From Bacteroidota bacterium (lineage in GTDB: Bacteria > Bacteroidota > Ignavibacteria > UBA10030 > UBA8401): DNA of 64,000 nucleotides. The DNA lies in the NCBI GenBank assembly GCA_027622375.1, contig JAQCAB010000009.1, forward strand, positions 743 to 64,742, in the 5' to 3' direction. This document shows positions 58,530 through 64,000 of this stretch, piece after piece (positions within the stretch are counted from its first letter, which is position 1; the number at the start of each line of letters is the position of its first letter). The translations under genes and the position numbers were made by a program. Below the pieces are notes generated by a model that searched no databases, was not told the DNA's origin, and saw only the letters and a program-made list of their open reading frames with translations.

Positions 58530-59134
58530 TACTTTTAATTATTATTTCATTAGATGGCTGTGGCCAAAGTAGTCCACGATATCAAACAGAAACATCAACT
58601 ACAAAAAAACCAGAAAAAAAATCTTCTAAAAAGCATGTACTTTTTTCATCAGCAAATGTTGAAGAGGAATTAAAAAATGATGATATAAAAGTTAATGTAA
58701 AAGATGTGTCTGAAAGATTTACATCGTCATCATCAAAAACTAATATTGTTACATCACCCAATATTGAAACGCAAAAAATGATGGATGTTATTTTAAGTTA
58801 TTTGGGAACTCCATATAAATTTGGAGGCGAATCTAAATCTGGAATGGATTGCTCGGCATTTACAAAAGAAGTTTTTAGTCAAACCTCAGTTTTTAATTTA
58901 CCTCGTTCAACTGCTGAACAAATAAAAATTGGTTCTGAAGTCGAAAAAGAAAATTTAAAATTTGGTGATTTAATTTTTTTTAACACAACAGGGGTAAATC
59001 CTTCTCATGTTGGAATTTATATTGGTGATAATATGTTTGCACATGCAAGCCAAACTTATGGTGTAACAATTTCATCTTTTGAAAGTAGCTATTACAAAAA
59101 AAATTTTACTGAAGCACGACGAATCGTAAAATAA
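58511..59134 (+). CDS. NlpC/P60 (C40) family peptidoglycan endopeptidase lipoprotein
   Basis: Catalytic Cys in GMDCSAFTKEVF and His in PSHVGIYIGDNMFAHAS. Probable TTG start at 58511 gives an MRGFFFILLIIISLDGC lipoprotein signal. The ORF track extends it upstream to 58460. Confidence 0.75.
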   Translation: MRGFFFILLIIISLDGCGQSSPRYQTETSTTKKPEKKSSKKHVLFSSANVEEELKNDDIKVNVKDVSERFTSSSSKTNIVTSPNIETQKMMDVILSYLGTPYKFGGESKSGMDCSAFTKEVFSQTSVFNLPRSTAEQIKIGSEVEKENLKFGDLIFFNTTGVNPSHVGIYIGDNMFAHASQTYGVTISSFESSYYKKNFTEARRIVK

Positions 59135-59137
59135 AAT

Positions 59138-59695
59138 ATGTCAATACTTCCAATTTATTTATTTGGCAATGATGTTTTAAAAACTCCAGCAAAAAAAGTT
59201 GAAAAACTTTTTCAGGAAGATTTAATTCTGATTAAAAATATGTTTGAAACAATGAAGAATTCAAACGGAATTGGATTGGCTGCAAATCAAATTGGTGTTT
59301 TAAAACAAATTTTAGTTATTGATATTTCCGAAATGGAAGATGGCAAAAAGACGAAACCATTTGTTGTAATAAATCCTGTAATAAAAAAAGAAATTGGGAA
59401 ATGGCAAATTGAAGAAGGATGTTTAAGCATTCCCGGTATAAGAGCTGACGTTGAACGAGCTGAAAAAATTTCTTTAAAATATTTAGATGAAAAATTTATT
59501 GTGCACCATAAAACTTTTTCGGGATTGATGGCAAGAGTTTTACTGCATGAGATTGATCATTTGAATGGAATATTATTTATCGAAAAAATTTCATCAAAAA
59601 AAAGAAAAGAATTCAAAAATGAATTAATGGAAATCAAGGTTGGAAATATTCGACCAAATTATGCAATTGTAATTGCTGAAAATCTAAAAGAATAA
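59138..59695 (+). CDS. def: Peptide deformylase
   Basis: Motifs GIGLAANQIG, EGCLSIPG and HEIDHLNG. Confidence 0.95.
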   Translation: MSILPIYLFGNDVLKTPAKKVEKLFQEDLILIKNMFETMKNSNGIGLAANQIGVLKQILVIDISEMEDGKKTKPFVVINPVIKKEIGKWQIEEGCLSIPGIRADVERAEKISLKYLDEKFIVHHKTFSGLMARVLLHEIDHLNGILFIEKISSKKRKEFKNELMEIKVGNIRPNYAIVIAENLKE

Positions 59696-59696
59696 A

Positions 59697-60629
59697 ATGA
59701 AAATTATTTTTATGGGAACCCCGCAATTTGCAATTCCAACATTGGATGCACTTTGCAAAAGTAATCATCAAGTAATTGCAGTTGTAACTGGTGAGGATAA
59801 ACCACGCGGTCGAGGTCAAAATATTAGTTTTACTCCAATTAAAACTGTTGCTCTTGATTATGGAATTGAATGTTTGCAACCGCCAACATTAAAAAAATCA
59901 GATTTTATTTCAAAATTAAAATCATTTGATGCTGATTTATTTGTTGTGGTTGCATTTAAAATTTTACCGAAAGAAGTTTATAGTTTGCCGAAATATGGAA
60001 GTATAAATGCGCATACTTCATTATTACCAAAATATCGCGGTGCTGCTCCAATTAATTGGGCAATTATAAATGGAGAAAATGAAACTGGAATTACAACTTT
60101 CTTTTTGCAAGATGATGTTGATGCCGGTGAAATTATACTTCAACAAAAAGTAAATATTCCAAAAACAATGGATGCTGGAATTTTGCATGATACTTTGGCA
60201 ATAAAAGCTTCGCAAACTATTTTAGATACTATTGAGTTAATAGAAAAATTTGGAAAAAATATAAATCTTAAAAAACAAAATCAAACCGAAGTAACTTTAG
60301 CGACAAAAATATTTAAAGAAAATTGTAAAATAAATTGGGATCAGCCGTTTGAAAAAATTTATAATTTTGTTCGTGGACTTTCTCCCAAACCTACAGCGTG
60401 GACAACCAACAATAAAATAAATTATAAAATTTTTAGATTGAGTGAAGCAAATGTAAATTTCCAAAAAATAAAACCGGGCGAAATTAAAATTGAAAATGGA
60501 AAAATATTAGTGTCAACGAATGATTCATGGTGCGAAGTTTTAGAAATACAAAAAGAGGGTAAAAACAGATTAACTTCGCATGAATTTTTGCGTGGAAACT
60601 CTTTTGAAGCGAATGCTTATTTTGAATAA
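59697..60629 (+). CDS. fmt: Methionyl-tRNA formyltransferase
   Basis: Formyl-transferase N-domain (IIFMGTP, SLLPKYRGAAPINWAI) with a C-terminal Fmt domain. def-fmt synteny. Confidence 0.95.
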   Translation: MKIIFMGTPQFAIPTLDALCKSNHQVIAVVTGEDKPRGRGQNISFTPIKTVALDYGIECLQPPTLKKSDFISKLKSFDADLFVVVAFKILPKEVYSLPKYGSINAHTSLLPKYRGAAPINWAIINGENETGITTFFLQDDVDAGEIILQQKVNIPKTMDAGILHDTLAIKASQTILDTIELIEKFGKNINLKKQNQTEVTLATKIFKENCKINWDQPFEKIYNFVRGLSPKPTAWTTNNKINYKIFRLSEANVNFQKIKPGEIKIENGKILVSTNDSWCEVLEIQKEGKNRLTSHEFLRGNSFEANAYFE

Positions 60630-60675
60630 TCTTTTTTGGAACAATTTTTGATTAAGCTTATATTCAGTAATTAAT

Positions 60676-61143
60676 ATGATATTTATTCTTTGGTCAGCAA
60701 TCACGCTTCACGTAATTTCATACATCGCTTGGATTGGAGGAATACTTTTTTTAAGCGGAGTTTTTAAACCAATAGCAAATTATTTTGAAAAGGAAATAGA
60801 AAAAACAGCCATCCCAATTTATCAAAGATTTATTGGTTTTACTTGGATGTTAGTTTGGACAATTTTAGTTACAGGTGTAATTTTATTTTTACTTGGAATG
60901 CGCCAAAATTGGTGGCAAAATATTTCAGAATGGGAAATAATGATATTCGCCCATTCAATTTTTATATTTATGATGATATTTGTATCATTAAGAGTTTCAA
61001 AAGTTTTGAAGCAAACTAACAATGGTGTAAATTCTAATGAAGTTATTTTCAAATTTAATAAGTTCAATTCAATAAATGTGGTTCTCTGTTTTGGTGATTT
61101 AATAACAATAAGTGGAATGATTTTATATAAATGGGTACAATAA
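60676..61143 (+). CDS. Hypothetical membrane protein
   Basis: 155 aa with four predicted TM helices. No motif recognised. Confidence 0.35.
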   Translation: MIFILWSAITLHVISYIAWIGGILFLSGVFKPIANYFEKEIEKTAIPIYQRFIGFTWMLVWTILVTGVILFLLGMRQNWWQNISEWEIMIFAHSIFIFMMIFVSLRVSKVLKQTNNGVNSNEVIFKFNKFNSINVVLCFGDLITISGMILYKWVQ

Positions 61144-61943
61144 TAGCAATCGTAAATCAAAAAGGAGGTGTTGGCAAAACTACTTCTGCTGTAAATATTG
61201 CAGCTTCAATTGCTGCTGCAGAAAGGAAAACCTTGCTTGTCGATATTGATCCACAAGCAAATGCAACAAGTGGAGTTGGTTGCGAAAAAGGATCCAATAC
61301 TTTAACTTCCTATGAAGTATTAATAGGCTCTGCAACTGCAAAATCCGCAGTGCAAATTACAAAAATGCCATTTTTATCAATTATTCCATCAGATATAAAT
61401 TTAGTTGGTGTCGAACTTGAATTAATTAATCAACCCGAGAGAGAATACAATTTAAAAAAAACTTTAAGTTCAATTAAAGATGATTACGAATTTATTATTT
61501 TAGATTGTGCTCCTTCTTTAGGATTAATTACTTTGAATGCACTTTCGGCAGCAGATTCTGTAATAATTCCTGTTCAATGCGAATATTATGCGCTTGAAGG
61601 ATTAGGTCAACTTCTTTCTACAATTTCGATGGTAAAGAAAAATTTAAATAAAAATTTAGAAATAGAAGGTGTTGTGATGACGATGTATGATTCGCGATTA
61701 AGATTATCGCAACAAATTGTTGATGAAGTCAAAAAATATTTTGGTAAAAAAGTTTTTAAAACAATTGTTACTCGCAACGTACGTTTAAGCGAGGCTCCAA
61801 GTTTTGGAAAACCGGTATTACTTTACGACGCAATTTCATCAGGATCAAGAAATTATATGCAACTTGGCAACGAAGTTATACATAGAGTTGCGCGACGAAA
61901 ACGTCAACAACAATTAACTGAACAAAAAGTAGCAACTGCATAA
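61131..61943 (+). CDS. parA: Chromosome partitioning ATPase ParA/Soj
   Basis: Deviant Walker A KGGVGKTT and the conserved ParA core. Confidence 0.9.
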   Translation: MGTIIAIVNQKGGVGKTTSAVNIAASIAAAERKTLLVDIDPQANATSGVGCEKGSNTLTSYEVLIGSATAKSAVQITKMPFLSIIPSDINLVGVELELINQPEREYNLKKTLSSIKDDYEFIILDCAPSLGLITLNALSAADSVIIPVQCEYYALEGLGQLLSTISMVKKNLNKNLEIEGVVMTMYDSRLRLSQQIVDEVKKYFGKKVFKTIVTRNVRLSEAPSFGKPVLLYDAISSGSRNYMQLGNEVIHRVARRKRQQQLTEQKVATA

Positions 61944-61944
61944 A

Positions 61945-62853
61945 ATGAGTGAACAAAAACATAGAAACGTTTTAGGAAGGGGATTAGGTGCTTTGTTGCC
62001 AAAATTGGGTGGCTCGGATTCGCATCTTGGAATTCCTCATGGCGTTGATGTACTTGCAACGCATTCAATAACTTTGATTGATATTGTAAAAGTAAAACCA
62101 AATCCGTTTCAACCCAGAATTGATTTTGAACCAAAAAGTTTAGATGAATTACGCGAATCAATTAAAAAACATGGTGTGATACAACCCATTACAATTTGTA
62201 AAAACGGAAATGAATTTGAATTAATTTCGGGCGAAAGAAGATTGCGTGCTTCATCTGAAGCTGGATTAAAAAAAATCCCATGCTATATTATTAATGTAAC
62301 TTCGCAAGTTGATAAACTCGGGATTGCATTAATTGAAAATCTTCAACGTGAAGATTTAAATCCGATTGAAGCTGCTATATCATATAAAAGATTAATTGAA
62401 GAATGTAATTTAACACAAGAACAACTGGGAGATGTTTTAAGTAAAGATAGAAGTACAGTCACAAATTTTTTACGACTTTTAAAATTGCCAGAAAATATTA
62501 TGAGTGCAGTTAGAAATAACTCAATTTCAATGGGACATGCAAGAGCGCTGCTTTCATTTACAAATCCAAAACAACAACAATTTGTTTTTAAAAAAGTTTT
62601 AGATCAGGGATTGTCGGTACGCGCAGTTGAAATTTTAGCAAAAGGTGAATCCAAAAAAATACAATCTGCTACAAAAAAAGATGTTTCGATATCAAAGCAA
62701 CCATCACTACAAAGTATTGAAAGTAAATTAAGAGAAAAACTTGGAACAAAAGTTTCAATAAAACCAAAATCTAACAGTTCTGGTGATATTGTAATTGAAT
62801 ATTATTCAAACGATGATTTAGAAAGAATAATTGAATTAATAAATGAAAAATGA
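61945..62853 (+). CDS. parB: Chromosome partitioning protein ParB/Spo0J
   Basis: ParB box GERRLRA, an HTH region and a C-terminal dimerisation segment. Confidence 0.9.
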   Translation: MSEQKHRNVLGRGLGALLPKLGGSDSHLGIPHGVDVLATHSITLIDIVKVKPNPFQPRIDFEPKSLDELRESIKKHGVIQPITICKNGNEFELISGERRLRASSEAGLKKIPCYIINVTSQVDKLGIALIENLQREDLNPIEAAISYKRLIEECNLTQEQLGDVLSKDRSTVTNFLRLLKLPENIMSAVRNNSISMGHARALLSFTNPKQQQFVFKKVLDQGLSVRAVEILAKGESKKIQSATKKDVSISKQPSLQSIESKLREKLGTKVSIKPKSNSSGDIVIEYYSNDDLERIIELINEK

Positions 62854-63233
62854 AAACTATAATAAACACGCCAAACGCTCCAGCTCCAATCGGTCCATAT
62901 AATCAAGCTATTATTACAAATGGAAAATTAGTTTTTACTGCTGGCCAAATTGCATTGAATCCAAAAACGGGAGAAATTGTTGGCTCAACAATAGAAGAAC
63001 AAACTAAACAAGTTTGCGAAAATTTATCCAATATTTTGGAAGCTTCTGGTACATCAAAATTAAATTTAATTAAAACTACAGTTTTTCTAAAAAATTTTAA
63101 TGACTTCTCAGCAATGAATAAAATTTATGGTGAATATTTTGGTGAATCTGCGCCAGCTCGTTCAACTGTTGAAGTAAGTAGATTACCAAAAGATGTTTTA
63201 GTTGAAATTGAAGTAGTTGCTTCCGTTCCTTAA
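62850..63233 (+). CDS. ridA: RidA (YjgF/TdcF) family reactive-intermediate deaminase
   Basis: 127 aa with the conserved PARSTVEV C-terminal motif. Confidence 0.85.
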   Translation: MKTIINTPNAPAPIGPYNQAIITNGKLVFTAGQIALNPKTGEIVGSTIEEQTKQVCENLSNILEASGTSKLNLIKTTVFLKNFNDFSAMNKIYGEYFGESAPARSTVEVSRLPKDVLVEIEVVASVP

Positions 63234-63247
63234 AATTTTATTTTGAT

Positions 63248-63745
63248 TTGAACTTAATTAAAATATTTATTTTAATTTTTTGTTTTGTTGATGCAACTTT
63301 TTCACAAGTTGATAATGGGGAAAATATATTATTAGAAAAAAAAATCATAAGTGATACAACAATATATTCTACAAAGTCACCGACTTTTGCAATGTTGGCA
63401 TCTGCAGCAATTCCTGGTTTTGGTCAAATTTATAATGAATCATGGTGGAAAGCGCCTGTAGTTTGGGGATTCACTTTTTATTTTGGTAAAATTGTTACAG
63501 ATCAAAATAAAGAATATAAATATTGGAAAACAGAATACGAAAATAGTAATCAAAAAAACCAATTGTATCGATACAATCGAGATTTTTTTCATGATCAGCG
63601 CGATCAATTTGCATGGTATTTAGCTGTCACTTATATTTTAAATATTGTTGATGCATACGTTGATGCTTCGCTTTACAATTTTGAAGTATCGCCAGAATTA
63701 AACAAATCAAATCAATTACAATTATCTTTAAAATTAAAATTTTGA
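63248..63745 (+). CDS. Secreted hypothetical protein (Bacteroidetes DUF-type, PGFGQIYN motif)
   Basis: Signal peptide and a conserved-looking SAAIPGFGQIYNESWWKAP block. No function known. Confidence 0.3.
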   Translation: MNLIKIFILIFCFVDATFSQVDNGENILLEKKIISDTTIYSTKSPTFAMLASAAIPGFGQIYNESWWKAPVVWGFTFYFGKIVTDQNKEYKYWKTEYENSNQKNQLYRYNRDFFHDQRDQFAWYLAVTYILNIVDAYVDASLYNFEVSPELNKSNQLQLSLKLKF

Positions 63746-64000
63746 ATGAATAAATCTCATCACATAAAAGATATTTTAAAAAATGGTGAACAAACTTTTA
63801 GTTTTGAATTTTTTCCGCCACGTACTCAAGAATCAAGTGAACAATTATTGCAAACTATAAAAAAATTATCTCCACTTAATCCATCATTTGTTAGTGTAAC
63901 TTATGGTGCCGGAGGAAGGACTCGTGAATTGACACATGAACTTGTAGTAAAACTTCAACATGAAGTTGGATTTTCGATAGTTGCCCATTTAACATGTATT
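63746..64000 (+). CDS. metF: Methylenetetrahydrofolate reductase, 5' partial (runs off window end)
   Basis: ATG at 63746 immediately after the upstream stop. Translation FSFEFFPPRT...VSVTYGAGG matches the MetF N-terminus. Missing from the ORF track because no stop lies inside the window. Confidence 0.8.
   Translation, partial: MNKSHHIKDILKNGEQTFSFEFFPPRTQESSEQLLQTIKKLSPLNPSFVSVTYGAGGRTRELTHELVVKLQHEVGFSIVAHLTCI

Noticed and set aside
1-64000. CRISPR arrays, rRNA genes, integrases or phage structural genes
   Set aside because: No regularly spaced direct repeats were found. No rRNA-like conserved blocks or tyrosine/serine recombinase motifs were found in any frame. The only mobile-element signature is the decayed transposase.

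Overview
The window splits into two compositional compartments. Positions ~1-12,400 are visibly more GC-rich (roughly mid-40s % GC by eye, not computed) and look like a phosphate/organophosphate-scavenging gene island, probably horizontally acquired. It carries a GlpT/UhpC-like MFS antiporter, an alkaline-phosphatase-superfamily enzyme, an APC permease, a PhoD-like phosphatase, and a translationally coupled pair of FAD oxidoreductases resembling a glycerol-3-phosphate dehydrogenase. It also carries a large secreted purple-acid-phosphatase-like metallophosphoesterase with a type IX secretion (T9SS) C-terminal sorting domain. The island is scarred. It holds a decayed IS5/IS1182-type transposase gene with in-frame stop codons, a diverged ~250-nt copy of the 3' end of the MFS gene, and a diverged copy of the 5' end of the phosphatase gene. 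The last of these is followed by a hairpin terminator immediately before the composition changes. From ~12,600 to the end the DNA is very AT-rich (roughly 30% GC by eye). Here it encodes an ordinary chromosomal backbone, mostly co-directional: a DEAD-box helicase with a tandem-repeat tail, tilS-hpt-ftsH, dut, rsmI, metH, gpmA, ferredoxin, queG, trxB, gpx, dxr-rseP, ispE, guaB, purD, meaB, hisS-lgt, ptsN-like EIIA, a Bacteroidetes-type 284-aa rpoD, def-fmt, parA-parB, ridA and a 5'-partial metF. Lineage cues (T9SS sorting domain, PorV/PorQ-like outer-membrane protein, short primary sigma factor) point to the Fibrobacteres-Chlorobi-Bacteroidetes (FCB) group. No CRISPR arrays, rRNAs or tRNAs were seen. 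The hunt items worth a second look include the island with its diverged gene fragments, a terminator-containing leader just upstream of metH, a GAF protein with a degenerate GGDEF motif, and an adjacent cluster of three small genes. That cluster comprises a zinc-ribbon protein, an AbrB-like protein and a degenerate PIN-like protein, and may be a toxin-antitoxin module. A 55-codon gene missing from the ORF track and several domain-less secreted or outer-membrane proteins are also flagged.
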